A stretch of DNA of 64,000 bases from Acidimicrobiia bacterium (GTDB lineage Bacteria; Actinomycetota; Acidimicrobiia; IMCC26256; BP-133): contig JBIOUX010000039.1 of the NCBI GenBank assembly GCA_044867425.1, forward strand, positions 15,383 through 79,382. Direction: 5' to 3'. How positions within the stretch are numbered: the stretch's first letter is position 1; each line of letters begins with the position of its first letter. A program made the translations under genes and the position numbers. Shown piece after piece: positions 1 to 9,776 of this stretch. The notes below the pieces were generated by a model. That model saw only the letters and a list, made by a program, of their open reading frames with translations, made no database searches and was not told the origin of the DNA.

Positions 1-2
1 CT

Positions 3-788
3 GCCACCTTTACCGCCAGCTACACCCGCACCACCAGCGGATCGCCGCCGGCACCCTTCGCCATCCGGTCCATCGTGGGTACACCCGACGCCCAGGGCTG
101 GTGGCTGGCGGCGGCCGACGGGAGGGTCTTTCCGGCGGGCAACGCCGGCTTCTTCGGCAACGCCAGCCCCCAGGCCGGCACGTCCATCACCGGCATGGCC
201 GCCACCCGCACGGGCGACGGCTACTGGCTGGCCGCCACCAACGGCCAGATCTTCGCCAGTCCCAACGCCCAGTTCCACGGTGACATGGCGGGCACGGCCC
301 TGCAGCGTCCGGTCGTGGGCATGTCCGTCCGGCCCCAGGGCGACGGCTACTGGATGGGTGCGGGTGACGGAGGCGTCTTCAGCTTCGGCCACTCCCAGTT
401 CTACGGCTCCATGGGCGGGCGCACGCTCAACCAGCCCGTGGTAGGTATGGCGGCCACGCCCACGGGCAACGGCTACTGGCTGGTGGCCTCCGACGGCGGT
501 GTCTTCAGCTTCGGCGACGCCGGCTTCTACGGATCGACCGGCTCCATGACGTTGAACAAGCCGGTGATCGGGATGATCCCCACCAGCTCAGGACGGGGGT
601 ACTGGCTGTTCGCCTCCGACGGGGGGATCTTCGCCTTCGGCGACGCCCAGTTCTACGGCTCCACCGGCTCGAACCCGCCCTCCACCCCGGTGGCCGGGGT
701 CGCCGCCAGTCCGCAGGGCGACGGCTACTGGCTGGTGGCCAGCGACGGTCACGTGATCAACTTCGGCAACGCCGGTTTCTTCTTCTGA
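3..788 (+). CDS. 5'-truncated repeat protein with six tandem ~40-aa units (beta-propeller-like); function unknown
   Basis: The frame is open to the window edge (ATFTASYTRTTSGSPPAPFAIRSIVGTPDAQGWWL...), so the Met at 75 is internal. The unit ..GDGYWL.ASDGGVFSFGDA.FYGS.G...LN.PV.GM.. recurs six times. GC3-rich. Stop TGA 786-788. Confidence 0.7.
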   Translation, partial: ATFTASYTRTTSGSPPAPFAIRSIVGTPDAQGWWLAAADGRVFPAGNAGFFGNASPQAGTSITGMAATRTGDGYWLAATNGQIFASPNAQFHGDMAGTALQRPVVGMSVRPQGDGYWMGAGDGGVFSFGHSQFYGSMGGRTLNQPVVGMAATPTGNGYWLVASDGGVFSFGDAGFYGSTGSMTLNKPVIGMIPTSSGRGYWLFASDGGIFAFGDAQFYGSTGSNPPSTPVAGVAASPQGDGYWLVASDGHVINFGNAGFFF

Positions 789-2033
789 TCAAGCCCTCGA
801 TCGGGCCGGCGCCGGCTTGGTGGTGTCGTAGAGATAGAGGCGGTGACCGGAGATCGTGGCCTGCAGCCAGCCTTCGAGCTGGGAGGCGGTCATCGTCGCC
901 CAGTCGGGGGTCTCCTCCACCTGGGCCCGGCCGATGCGCCGGCCGAGCTCGACCAGGTCGTTGCCCGCCGGGCAGCGCTCCCGGTCGTAGGCCGCCAGGA
1001 CCTCGGCCCAGCTCGCCTGTTCCCGGCCATGACGCTCCAGGGCCAGGGCGTCCTCAAGTGCCTTGGTGGCGCCACTGGCGGTATGGGGACGGGTGATGGT
1101 GCTGGCGTCGCCGATCAGCAGGAGCCGTTGTGACGTGTAGGTGAGGACGGCCACGTCGTAGATGGGTTGCAGCGACATCGCCTCCGGGCCGGTGCGGCGG
1201 ACCACCTCGGCCCAGTAGGGCGGCAGGTGCCGCTCGAGAGCCTGGTCGAAGAAGGCGGTGAGGTCGGGGCTCAGCGATCCCGGCGGCAGCGAGGAGGGAT
1301 CGCCGTAGCCCGCGCCGTCGGGCAGACCCGTGTAGACCGCCCAGTTCATCCGCCGGTGCCCCGGTTCACAGGGGCGGTCGAACTCCGGGATCAGGTAGAA
1401 CATCCCGTGCCCGCCGGGGAAGCCCACGGTCACCACGCGGGCGTCCATGGCGGCGGGCCGGCGGCCGGCGGGCAGCCGGCGCTCCTCGTAGTTCCCCCGC
1501 CACAGGACGTACCCGGCGTAGCTGGCCGACGCACCGGGGTGGGCGGCGCGGCGCACCATCGACCGGTAGCCGTCGGCGCCGACCACGGCGTCAAAGCGCT
1601 CCTGGACGCCGCCGTGGAAGACCACGGTGGCACCGGCGGCGTCCGTTTCGACCCCGGCGACGGCCGCGCCCTCCCGGTACACCTCGTCGGGCACGCCCGC
1701 CCGCAGGGTCCGCCACAGCACGCCCCAGTTGTTGAGGACGGCGGACAGCCGTTGCCGGCCGATGACCCGGCCGTAGGCGGCGTTGCCGTGGCGCACCACC
1801 CAGGTCCGCTCCGAGCAGGGGCACACCGGCATGGTGGCGTCCAGGTAGCCGGCGGTGACGAGCTGGTCACGGAGGGGCCCCGGGATGACGATGCCGGAGC
1901 CGCGGTCCTTCAGCTGCCCCCGGCTGCGCTCGTAGACGGTGACGTCACAGCCCGCCCGGCGCAGGGCGATGGCCGCCGCGCACCCGCCGATGCTGCCCCC
2001 GACGATGCCGACCCGGCTTCCTTGGATTCCCAT
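789..2033 (-). CDS. FAD-dependent monooxygenase (aromatic hydroxylase-like)
   Basis: Rossmann motif VGIVGGSIGGCAAAIAL...VTVYER near the N-terminus, plus DGYRS and LLIGDAS..RPHTASGATKALEDA motifs. The ORF runs 789..2078. ATG 2033 is chosen so the dinucleotide fold is N-terminal; alternatives are ATG 2069 and TTG 2078. Confidence 0.85.
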   Translation of the reverse strand: MGIQGSRVGIVGGSIGGCAAAIALRRAGCDVTVYERSRGQLKDRGSGIVIPGPLRDQLVTAGYLDATMPVCPCSERTWVVRHGNAAYGRVIGRQRLSAVLNNWGVLWRTLRAGVPDEVYREGAAVAGVETDAAGATVVFHGGVQERFDAVVGADGYRSMVRRAAHPGASASYAGYVLWRGNYEERRLPAGRRPAAMDARVVTVGFPGGHGMFYLIPEFDRPCEPGHRRMNWAVYTGLPDGAGYGDPSSLPPGSLSPDLTAFFDQALERHLPPYWAEVVRRTGPEAMSLQPIYDVAVLTYTSQRLLLIGDASTITRPHTASGATKALEDALALERHGREQASWAEVLAAYDRERCPAGNDLVELGRRIGRAQVEETPDWATMTASQLEGWLQATISGHRLYLYDTTKPAPARSRA

Positions 2034-2142
2034 CCTCCGACCTTGCCGGGAAACGAGCCGGAGGTCCATCGACCGCAAAACAGATCTTGATTGACCGACG
2101 CGACAGTCGGTGCGTAAGCGTTCCTCTCAGCGGGCCGTGACA

Positions 2143-2661
2143 CTACGGGCCAGAAGGCCTCGACGCATTCTGACGAGGGCGAAGGTGGGGGGCCAGCTCC
2201 TCCCGGTCGTCGTAACCGGGACCGGCCACCGGATCCATCTCACGGGGGTCGGCGGGGGCGCCGCAGTGGTCGCACACCAGGTGGGGCTGGCTCTCGTGGC
2301 CGCACTCCCGGTGGACCAGGACGACGGGCGGGCCTTTGGTCTCGCCCGGGGCCCAGCGGTCCCCCCACTGCATGAGCGACACCAGGATGGGGTAGAGCTC
2401 GAGTCCCTTGGCGGTCAGGCGGTACTCGAAGCGTTCGGGACGCTCCTGGTAGCGGCGACGCTCCAGGATCCCGGCCGCCACCAGCTTCTGGAGACGGGTG
2501 GTGAGCACGTTGCGGGCGATCCCCAGCCGGCGCTGGAAGTCCTCGAAGCGCCGCACCCCCATGAAGGCGTCGCGGACGATGAGCATCGTCCACCACTCGC
2601 CCAGGATCTCGAGCGCCCCGGCCACGGAGCAGTTCATCCCGGCAAAGCTCGTGCGTCGCAT
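2143..2661 (-). CDS. HxlR-family winged-helix transcriptional regulator
   Basis: C.VAGALEILGEWWTMLIVRDAFMGVRRFEDFQRRLGIARNVLTTRLQKLVAAGILERR.Y...PERFEYRLT.KG is the typical HxlR core. ATG at 2661. Confidence 0.9.
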   Translation of the reverse strand: MRRTSFAGMNCSVAGALEILGEWWTMLIVRDAFMGVRRFEDFQRRLGIARNVLTTRLQKLVAAGILERRRYQERPERFEYRLTAKGLELYPILVSLMQWGDRWAPGETKGPPVVLVHRECGHESQPHLVCDHCGAPADPREMDPVAGPGYDDREELAPHLRPRQNASRPSGP

Positions 2662-2717
2662 GAACCGAAGCTTACTCCGTTTCGCAAAGCAACGGTATTG
2701 CTGGTACTATAGGTTGC

Positions 2718-3431
2718 GTGAAGCAACTAGCTCCCGAGCCGGGCAACGGCGCATTGCTCCCGCCTGACTGGCGTCCCGACCGGCGGGAGGAACGGTCCCG
2801 GGAACGGTCGGTACGTCCCCCCGTCCCCCGCCCCCACGCTCCTCCACCCCGTCCGGGCCGGTTCCACCTGCGCGACGGCACCCCGGTGGTGCTGCGCCCG
2901 CTGCGGGTCGAGGACCGGGCCCTGGTGGTGGCCGCCTTCGACCGTCTCTCCCCGAAGTCCCGCTACCGCCGCTTCCTCTCTCCCACGCCCCGGCTCACCT
3001 CATCGCTCCTCGACTTCCTCATGAAGGTGGACGACGACGACCACTTCGCCCTCGTCGCTCTCACCGACGAAGGCGGCACACCTGCGGTGGTCGGCGTGTC
3101 CCGCTACGCCCGTCTGGACGACCCCCGGGCCGCCGAGGCGGCCGTGACGGTCATCGACGAATACCAGGGGCGGGGGGCCGGCGCCTTCCTCCTCGACGCC
3201 ATCGTGCTGGCCGCCCGGGAACGGGGAGTGGACCGCTTCGAGGGGCTCGTCCTGGCCGAGAACCAGGCTTCGAAAGCCATCCTGGCCCACGCCGGCGCCC
3301 GCTTCGAGAACGACGGCAACGGCGTCCAGCGCTACGTCCTCGACCTGCCCGAGGGTCCTGAGGACCTTCCCGGCCACGGGGTCCGGGCCATCCTGCGGGC
3401 CTTTGCCGCGAAACTCCACCGCACCACCTGA
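2718..3431 (+). CDS. GNAT-family N-acetyltransferase with a ~55-aa Pro/Arg-rich N-terminal extension
   Basis: RYRRFLSP motif and acetyl-CoA loop QGRGAGAFLLDAIVLAARERGV..F.G.VLAEN..S. GTG 2718 is the only start codon upstream of the domain. A TACTAT hexamer lies 7 nt upstream. Confidence 0.85.
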   Translation: MKQLAPEPGNGALLPPDWRPDRREERSRERSVRPPVPRPHAPPPRPGRFHLRDGTPVVLRPLRVEDRALVVAAFDRLSPKSRYRRFLSPTPRLTSSLLDFLMKVDDDDHFALVALTDEGGTPAVVGVSRYARLDDPRAAEAAVTVIDEYQGRGAGAFLLDAIVLAARERGVDRFEGLVLAENQASKAILAHAGARFENDGNGVQRYVLDLPEGPEDLPGHGVRAILRAFAAKLHRTT

Positions 3432-3486
3432 TCCGGTGTCGTGCTGCGCACTGATCGGTTTGAACTCGTGAGTCACGGGGCAATGG

Positions 3487-3882
3487 ATGAACCCGATGGG
3501 CGAACCCACCCCAATACCACCGCGATCTTCAGGCGCGCTTTTGCCCATCTTCAGCCGGCGGCCTGAAGCTGAAGGGGTGCGTACACCCGTCGCCGTGCCC
3601 GCCTACGTCGGCCCCCTGACCTGGGACGACACCGGCTGGCGCTGCTGCCGAACGTGCGACGTCGAGTGGGTGGGCGAGGGGCGGTGCTTCCTCGATTCGC
3701 GCCACGCCGGCGTCCGCGGTCGCCTGCGCTCCTGGTGTCGCCATGGGCTGCGCCGCATCGCCGGGGAGGCCGGGCCCGTCTGTCCCTGGTGTGAACAGCA
3801 CGGGGCGTCGGATTTCACCCCCGAGTTCCTTGACGTCTTCGCCCTGGCCGCCGACCGCGCCCTGCGCCTGGTCCGCGGTTAG
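3487..3882 (+). CDS. Hypothetical Cys-rich protein (possible zinc ribbon: CC..C ... C..C)
   Basis: GC3-rich frame from about 3575 onward. Motifs WRCCRTCDVEW and PVCPWCEQHG. I recognise no family and the start is uncertain. Confidence 0.35.
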   Translation: MNPMGEPTPIPPRSSGALLPIFSRRPEAEGVRTPVAVPAYVGPLTWDDTGWRCCRTCDVEWVGEGRCFLDSRHAGVRGRLRSWCRHGLRRIAGEAGPVCPWCEQHGASDFTPEFLDVFALAADRALRLVRG

Positions 3883-4014
3883 CCCCGCGCCCCGTCGTCT
3901 CTGAACCGGGCATGCCGTTTTCCACTTACCGCGCCATCCGCGTGCCCAGAAACGGCCGCGCCGCCGTCCCTCGCCCTCTTCGTTGCCGCAGCTGTCTTTG
4001 CCCGAGGCGCGGGC

Positions 4015-5283
4015 TCAGCCCAGGGCGTCGCCCACGGCGTGGATGACCAGCCCGGCGATCCCACCCACGACCGTCCCGTTGATGCGGATGAACTGCAGGT
4101 CCCGCCCCAGCAGCAGCTCCAGCTTGGCCGAGGTCTCCCGGGCGTCCCACCGGGCGATGGTGCCGCTCACCAGCTCGGCCGCTTCGTCCCGGAAGCGCTC
4201 GGCCAGCGTGTAGGCCCCGGTCTCGGCCATCCGCTCCACCCGGGCCAGCAGCACGGGATCGTCCCGCAACCGGCGGGCGGCGGCCGCGATGGCGTGAGCC
4301 AGGTGCTGGCGCAGCGGCGAATTCGGGTCGGCCGCCTGGGCTCGCAACGAGTCCCGGAAGTTGCCCCACAGTGACGACGTCCAGGCGCGCAGCTCGGGGT
4401 GCTGGAGGAACTCGTGCTTGAGCTGCTCGAGCCGGGCCTCCATGTCCGGTGAGTGCTCGAGCCGTTTGACCAGCTCGTCGATCCACTCGTTGACCTGGCC
4501 CCGAACCCGATGGCCCGGATCCAGGTAGACGGCGCGCAGCAGATCGGAGCATGAGTCGGCCAGCCGGTCGAAGATGCGGTTGTCGACCCGGTCGGGGATC
4601 CACCACGGGGCCTGCTCGGTGAAGCGGCGCTTGAGCTCCCCCCGGTTGTCGGCTACCAGCCGCTCCAGGGCCCGCACGGCGTTGTCCACCAGCTCCTGCT
4701 GGCGCCCCTTGACCGTCATGAGCCGCACCACCCGGGCCGCCCAGGCCGCCAGGGGCACGGCTTCGATGGCCCGGCGCACTTCGGCTTCGACCAGCTCGAC
4801 CACGTCTTCGTCGCGCACCGAGTCGGCCAGGGCCACCAGCACGTCGGCGACGTGACCGGCGACCACCTCGGCATGGGCTTCGGTGGCCAGCCAGTTGACC
4901 GCCCGGGCCACCGCCTGGGACGAGCGCACCCGTTCGGAGAGCACGTCGGGCGACAGGAAGTTGGCCTGCACGAAGTCGCCCAGGGTCTCCCCGAACTGGT
5001 CCTTGCGCTCGGCGATGACCGCGGTGTGAGGAATGGGCAGGCCCAGGGGGTGGCGGAACAGCGCGGTGACGGCGAACCAGTCGGCCAGGCCGCCGACCAT
5101 GGCCGCCCCCGCCGCCGCCTGGGCGTAGTCCATCAGCCGGCCGCCGTCGCCCAGGAGGGTGAGGCCCAGGTAGAGCGCGGTCATGAGCACGAGCAGGCCG
5201 GTGGCCCGGCGCTTCATGGCGCGCAACTGCCGGAGCCGGTCCTCCTCCTGGCGGATGGGCGGCAGCAGCGCGGGCTGCTTCAC
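4015..5283 (-). CDS. DUF445-family membrane-associated protein
   Basis: N-terminus ..EEDRLRQLRAMKRRATGLLVLMTALYL, then a long helical region and a C-terminal LQFIRINGTVVGGIAGLVIH segment, typical of DUF445/YjiN. GTG 5283 is preferred over the ORF-track start at 5412, which falls in an AT-rich promoter-like region. Confidence 0.8.
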   Translation of the reverse strand: MKQPALLPPIRQEEDRLRQLRAMKRRATGLLVLMTALYLGLTLLGDGGRLMDYAQAAAGAAMVGGLADWFAVTALFRHPLGLPIPHTAVIAERKDQFGETLGDFVQANFLSPDVLSERVRSSQAVARAVNWLATEAHAEVVAGHVADVLVALADSVRDEDVVELVEAEVRRAIEAVPLAAWAARVVRLMTVKGRQQELVDNAVRALERLVADNRGELKRRFTEQAPWWIPDRVDNRIFDRLADSCSDLLRAVYLDPGHRVRGQVNEWIDELVKRLEHSPDMEARLEQLKHEFLQHPELRAWTSSLWGNFRDSLRAQAADPNSPLRQHLAHAIAAAARRLRDDPVLLARVERMAETGAYTLAERFRDEAAELVSGTIARWDARETSAKLELLLGRDLQFIRINGTVVGGIAGLVIHAVGDALG

Positions 5284-5423
5284 CGGACGCGCCGTACAAG
5301 GTTGCGGCGCCGAACCCCGAGTGTTACCCGTGTGAGTAAAGTTGTAAACGTGCTTGCAATATACATTTGAGGGCCTAGCATCTCTGTGGGCGGAGCGAGA
5401 CGAATGTGACAAGGAGTTCGCTT

Positions 5424-5978
5424 ATGCGTCGTCGCTCGATCGTCCTCCTCGCCGGCGGGTTGCTGGCCCTCGCCCTCGCCCCGCCCGTCTTCGGTGCCGG
5501 CGATTCCACCACGCCATCGCCGGACCAGTCGGCCTCCACCACGACCGCCCCACCGTCGGGATCGGCTTCGACGGCCACCACGGCGACCACCGCACCGAGC
5601 TCGAGCGCCACCACCGCACCCTCGGGCGCGGCGACCACGACCACCACCGCCGCCGATCAGGCGACGGACTCCCCGGCCCCGTCGGGCAACTGCGCCGCCC
5701 CCGTCCAGACCCACGAGGCGGCCCCGGCCGAGGGTGAGAGCGCCATCTACCCGGCCGGCGACGCCGGCGAGGTCGAGGTGTCCCGGACCTCGGCCACTGA
5801 GCTCGAGATTGTCGACGCTGTCGCCAACGACGGCTGGACGGCGGACGTCACCGCCCCCACCGGCCCCCGGGTCAAGGTCCGCTTCGTCGAGGACGCCACC
5901 TCCAGCAAGACCCGGTTCGCGGCGTCGATGGACCAGCACGGTGAGGAGATCCACGTCCGCGTGGAGAGCTGCGGCTGA
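5424..5978 (+). CDS. Secreted protein with a Thr/Ser/Ala-rich linker and a small C-terminal domain
   Basis: AAGGAG lies 7 nt upstream of ATG 5424. Signal peptide MRRRSIVLLAGGLLALALAPPVFGA, then a low-complexity STTTAPPSGSASTATTATTAPSSSATT stretch. Confidence 0.6.
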   Translation: MRRRSIVLLAGGLLALALAPPVFGAGDSTTPSPDQSASTTTAPPSGSASTATTATTAPSSSATTAPSGAATTTTTAADQATDSPAPSGNCAAPVQTHEAAPAEGESAIYPAGDAGEVEVSRTSATELEIVDAVANDGWTADVTAPTGPRVKVRFVEDATSSKTRFAASMDQHGEEIHVRVESCG

Positions 5979-6029
5979 CCCACCCCCGGGTACCCCGCCG
6001 GGACACCCGGCGGGGTACCCTCCGCCACC

Positions 6030-7580
6030 ATGTATCCGGGGCACTGGGGCAAGGTCACGCCGGACAAGCCAGCCACGATCGACGCCGCCACGGGAGAGGT
6101 GGTGACCCACGGCGAGCTCGACGAGCGGTCGACCCGCCTGGCCCGTCTCCTCCAAGCCGGAGGCCTGCAACCGGGCGACCACATCGCCCTGTTCATGGAG
6201 AACCACCCCCGCTACTTCGAGGTGCTGTGGGCGGCGCTGCGGTCGGGTCTGATCCTCACCACGGTCAACCGCTACCTCACCGCCGAGGAGGCGGGCTACA
6301 TCGTCGACAACTGCGACGCCCGAGCCCTGGTCACCTCCCGCAAGCTGGCCGAGGCCGCCACCGGCCTGCTCCCCCTCGCCCCCGGCTGCGGCCTGCGCCT
6401 CATGATCGACGGTGCGACCGACGGCTTCGATCCCTACGAGGAGGCGGTCGACGCCGCCAGCCCCGAGCCTCTCGACGACGAGCCGTTGGGGGACTTCATG
6501 CTCTACAGCTCAGGGACGACGGGACGGCCCAAGGGGATCGTCCGCCCCCGCCCGCCGATGAGCATCGCCAACGGCTTCCCCCTCGCCGGCGCCATCGGGG
6601 GGCTCTTCCGCTTCGACGACCAGACCACCTACCTGTCGCCTGCTCCCCTCTACCACTCGGCTCCGCTGGGCTTCACCCTGTCCGCCCAGGCCCTGGGCGG
6701 CACGGTGGTGATGATGCGCTCCTTCGACCCCGTCGAGGCGCTGGCCGCCATCGAGCGCCACCGCGTGACCCACAGCCAGTGGGTGCCGACCATGTTCACC
6801 CGGATGCTCAAGCTCCCCGAGGAGGACCGCACCCGCTTCGACCTGTCCAGCCACAAGATGGCCATCCACGCCGCCGCCCCCTGTCCCCGCCCGGTCAAGG
6901 AGGCCATGTTCGGGTGGTGGGGTCCGATCATCCACGAGTACTACGGCGGCACCGAGCTCAACGGCCTCACCTACGTCGGGCCCAAGGACTGGCTGGCCCA
7001 CCCCGGGACGGTGGGCCGGCCGGTGATGGGCGTGCTGCACATCTGCGACGACGAGGGCGACGAGATCCCCACCGGCGAGGTGGGCGTCGTCTACTTCGAG
7101 CAGCCCTTCCGGCCCTTCGAGTACCACAAGGATCCGGGCCAGACGAACTCGTCCCAGAACCCCAAGCACCCGACGTGGACGACCCTCAACGACGTCGGGC
7201 GGGTGGACGAGGACGGGTTCCTGTACCTCACCGACCGGGCCACGTTCATGATCATCTCCGGCGGGGTGAACATCTATCCCCAGGAGATCGAGGACTGCCT
7301 GGTGGTCCACCCGGCGGTGGAGGACGTGGCCGTCATCGGGGTCCCCAACGACGACCTCGGCGAGGAGGTCAAAGCGGTGGTGCAGCCCCGTCCGGGGGTG
7401 GAGACCTGCGCCCGCCTGGAGAAGGAGCTGATCGACTTCGCCCGGGAGCACCTGGGCCACTACAAGTGTCCCCGCTCGGTCGACTTCGAGGACCAGCTGC
7501 CCCGCCTGCCCACCGGCAAGCTCTACAAGCGCATCCTGCGCGACCGCTACTGGGGTGACCGCGACACCAGGCTGGTCTAG
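6030..7580 (+). CDS. Acyl-CoA synthetase / AMP-dependent ligase (ANL superfamily)
   Basis: AMP-binding motif YSSGTTGRPKGI, YGGTE, DRATFMIISGGVNIYPQEIE and a C-terminal PTGKLYKR motif. Confidence 0.92.
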   Translation: MYPGHWGKVTPDKPATIDAATGEVVTHGELDERSTRLARLLQAGGLQPGDHIALFMENHPRYFEVLWAALRSGLILTTVNRYLTAEEAGYIVDNCDARALVTSRKLAEAATGLLPLAPGCGLRLMIDGATDGFDPYEEAVDAASPEPLDDEPLGDFMLYSSGTTGRPKGIVRPRPPMSIANGFPLAGAIGGLFRFDDQTTYLSPAPLYHSAPLGFTLSAQALGGTVVMMRSFDPVEALAAIERHRVTHSQWVPTMFTRMLKLPEEDRTRFDLSSHKMAIHAAAPCPRPVKEAMFGWWGPIIHEYYGGTELNGLTYVGPKDWLAHPGTVGRPVMGVLHICDDEGDEIPTGEVGVVYFEQPFRPFEYHKDPGQTNSSQNPKHPTWTTLNDVGRVDEDGFLYLTDRATFMIISGGVNIYPQEIEDCLVVHPAVEDVAVIGVPNDDLGEEVKAVVQPRPGVETCARLEKELIDFAREHLGHYKCPRSVDFEDQLPRLPTGKLYKRILRDRYWGDRDTRLV

Positions 7581-7599
7581 GCGCCCCGCCGGTTGCGGC

Positions 7600-8568
7600 C
7601 TACGGCACGAGCAGCACCTTGCCCTTGGTCTCGCCGGCCTGGATGTAGCGGTGGGCCTCGGCCGCCTCGGCCAGCGGCCAGGTCCGGTCGATGCGAACAT
7701 CGAGCTCGCCGGCGGCGATCCAGCTGAACAGGTCGCCGGCCCGCCAGGCCCGTTCTCCCGGACCGCTGATGTAGTGGCCCAGGGTCGGCCGGGTCAGGTA
7801 GAGCGACCCCTTGGCGTTGAGGACCTGCGGGTCGACGGGGTCCACGGGGCCGCTGGACTGGCCGAAGAGCACCAGTTGCCCCCGGGGCCGGAGGCAGTCC
7901 AGGCTCTTGGTGAAGGTGTCCCTGCCCACCGAGTCGTAGACGACGTCGACGCCTGAGCCGTCGGTCAGGCCGCGCACGGCCTCAACCAGGTCGACATCGC
8001 GGTAGCGAACCACCTTGTCGGCGCCGGCGGCCCGGGCCAGCTCCTCCTTCTCGGCGCTGGAGCAGGTGCCGATGACCCGGGCCCCGAGGCGCTTGGCCAT
8101 CTGGGTGAGGAGCAGGCCCACTCCCCCGGCGGCGGCCGTCACCAGGGCCGTCATGCCCTTCTCCAGCGGCACGGTGGAATGGCTGAGGTAGTGGGCGGTC
8201 ATCCCCTGGAGCATGACCGCCGCCGCCACCTGGGGGTCGACGCCGGCCGGCACGGGGTCGACAGCGGCGGCGGGCAGCACCACCTGCTCGGCGTAGGACC
8301 CGAGGTTGGAGGCCCACGCCACCCGGTCCCCCTCGGCCAGACCCTCAACGTCGGGGCCGAGAGCCTCCACCACCCCGGCTCCCTCCATGCCCAGGGTGAC
8401 GGGCAGCTCCAGCTTGTAGGCGCCGGAACGCTGGTAGGTGTCGATGAAGTTGAGCCCGGCCGCCTCCACCCGGACCCGCACCTGCCCCGGCCCAGGTTCG
8501 GGGATGGGCACGTCCTCGGGGGTCAGGACCTCGGGTCCTCCCGTCTCGTGGATCCGGACCGCCAGCAT
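7600..8568 (-). CDS. qor: NADPH:quinone oxidoreductase (zeta-crystallin-type MDR)
   Basis: [15 protein letters not shown]..., the [23 protein letters not shown] nucleotide-binding motif, and C-terminal ...[20 protein letters not shown] 8568; the upstream 94 codons of the ORF are Arg/Ser/Trp-rich junk. Confidence 0.88.
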   Translation of the reverse strand: MLAVRIHETGGPEVLTPEDVPIPEPGPGQVRVRVEAAGLNFIDTYQRSGAYKLELPVTLGMEGAGVVEALGPDVEGLAEGDRVAWASNLGSYAEQVVLPAAAVDPVPAGVDPQVAAAVMLQGMTAHYLSHSTVPLEKGMTALVTAAAGGVGLLLTQMAKRLGARVIGTCSSAEKEELARAAGADKVVRYRDVDLVEAVRGLTDGSGVDVVYDSVGRDTFTKSLDCLRPRGQLVLFGQSSGPVDPVDPQVLNAKGSLYLTRPTLGHYISGPGERAWRAGDLFSWIAAGELDVRIDRTWPLAEAAEAHRYIQAGETKGKVLLVP

Positions 8569-8647
8569 GGCGCCTCCCGCCTCGTCGACCGGTTCTCTCA
8601 CTAGTGTTGCCGCGCCGCCTTCTTCGGTGCGCAAAGGAGCGGGAGCG

Positions 8648-9634
8648 ATGGACGTCTGGTGGGTGCCACCCGCCGGCACCATGGAGCGCCACGGCCCCCA
8701 TGCCTTGAAGGAGCTCCTGGAACGGCCTGAAGGCTTCTGCTGGGTCGACATCGACCACTGCGACGACCAGGCGGCCGGCCTGCTCTCAGACGTGTTCTGC
8801 GCCCACCCGCTGGCCGTGCGGGACTGCGTCGAACCCAACCCCACCGGCAAGGTCCACGCCTATCCCGATTCCATCCTGCTGGTCATGCACTCACCCGAGC
8901 CCGGCGACGGCGGCCAGGTCCGCCTGGTGGAGCTCGACCAGCTGGTAGCGGCCCGCTACCTGGTGACCGTCCACGGCCCATTGGTCGACGGGGCCGACGA
9001 TGAGAGCGCCCGGCGAGATACGGCCGCCGTGCGGGCCCGGATGGAAGCCGGCCGCTACCACCCGGCTTCGCCGGTCCACCTGTCACACGCCATCGTGTCC
9101 TCGCTCGCCCGCCGCCAGGAGGACTACGTCCGGGACCTGGCCCGCAAGGTCGCCGCCCTGGAGCGCTGGGCGCTGGAGGGCGGCACGCAGGGCTCGGAGG
9201 ACGCGCTGGAGGAGATGTTCCGGGTCCGCCACGAGGTCCTCACGGTGGCCACCGTGGCCGCCCTCAACAGCACCCTCTACGCCCGGGTGGGGGCGCTGCC
9301 CCGCTTCGTGTCCGACGACCTCCACCAGCTGGCCGACGAGCTGCGCAACCAGTTCGAGATCCTGCTCGGCATGTGCAACGCCGAGGAGAAGTTCCTCCAG
9401 GGCGTGCTCGACTTCTACCAGTCCCGCACCGCCACCAAGATGAACACGGCCATGGAGCGTCTGGCCCTCATCACCGTGGTCATGCTCCCGGTGACGGCCG
9501 TGGCCAGCATCTACGGGATGAACATCATCGTGAACAACAACACCGACTTCCCCCATCTGTGGGTGGCGCTGGCGCTCATGGGAGTGGTGTCGGCCGGCAT
9601 GCTCCAGTGGGCCCGCCGCCAGGGCTGGTGGTGA
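8648..9634 (+). CDS. corA: CorA-family magnesium/cobalt transporter
   Basis: C-terminal YGMNI signature ([12 protein letters not shown]) followed by a final TM helix. ATG 8648 gives a typical ~328-aa length. Confidence 0.88.
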   Translation: MDVWWVPPAGTMERHGPHALKELLERPEGFCWVDIDHCDDQAAGLLSDVFCAHPLAVRDCVEPNPTGKVHAYPDSILLVMHSPEPGDGGQVRLVELDQLVAARYLVTVHGPLVDGADDESARRDTAAVRARMEAGRYHPASPVHLSHAIVSSLARRQEDYVRDLARKVAALERWALEGGTQGSEDALEEMFRVRHEVLTVATVAALNSTLYARVGALPRFVSDDLHQLADELRNQFEILLGMCNAEEKFLQGVLDFYQSRTATKMNTAMERLALITVVMLPVTAVASIYGMNIIVNNNTDFPHLWVALALMGVVSAGMLQWARRQGWW

Positions 9635-9675
9635 GGCCGCGCGTGGGGGGTCAGGCCGTCTCTGCGCTGCTCGCG

Positions 9676-9724
9676 AAGGTGGTTGCGCTTGACCCCCTGT
9701 GAAGGGGAGAAGCGCGACCACCTT
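9676..9724. repeat. 49-bp palindromic (hairpin-forming) intergenic repeat element, copy 1
   Basis: AAGGTGGTTGCGCTTGACCCCCTGTGAAGGGGAGAAGCGCGACCACCTT. The 15-nt terminal arms are reverse complements (14/15). It matches the reverse complement of 38280-38327 at 44 of 48 positions. Confidence 0.75.
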
Positions 9725-9776
9725 GTCGGGCCGCGCCGCTCGTGGACCAAGTCCGGACTCCGGGTAGAGGGCTGCC

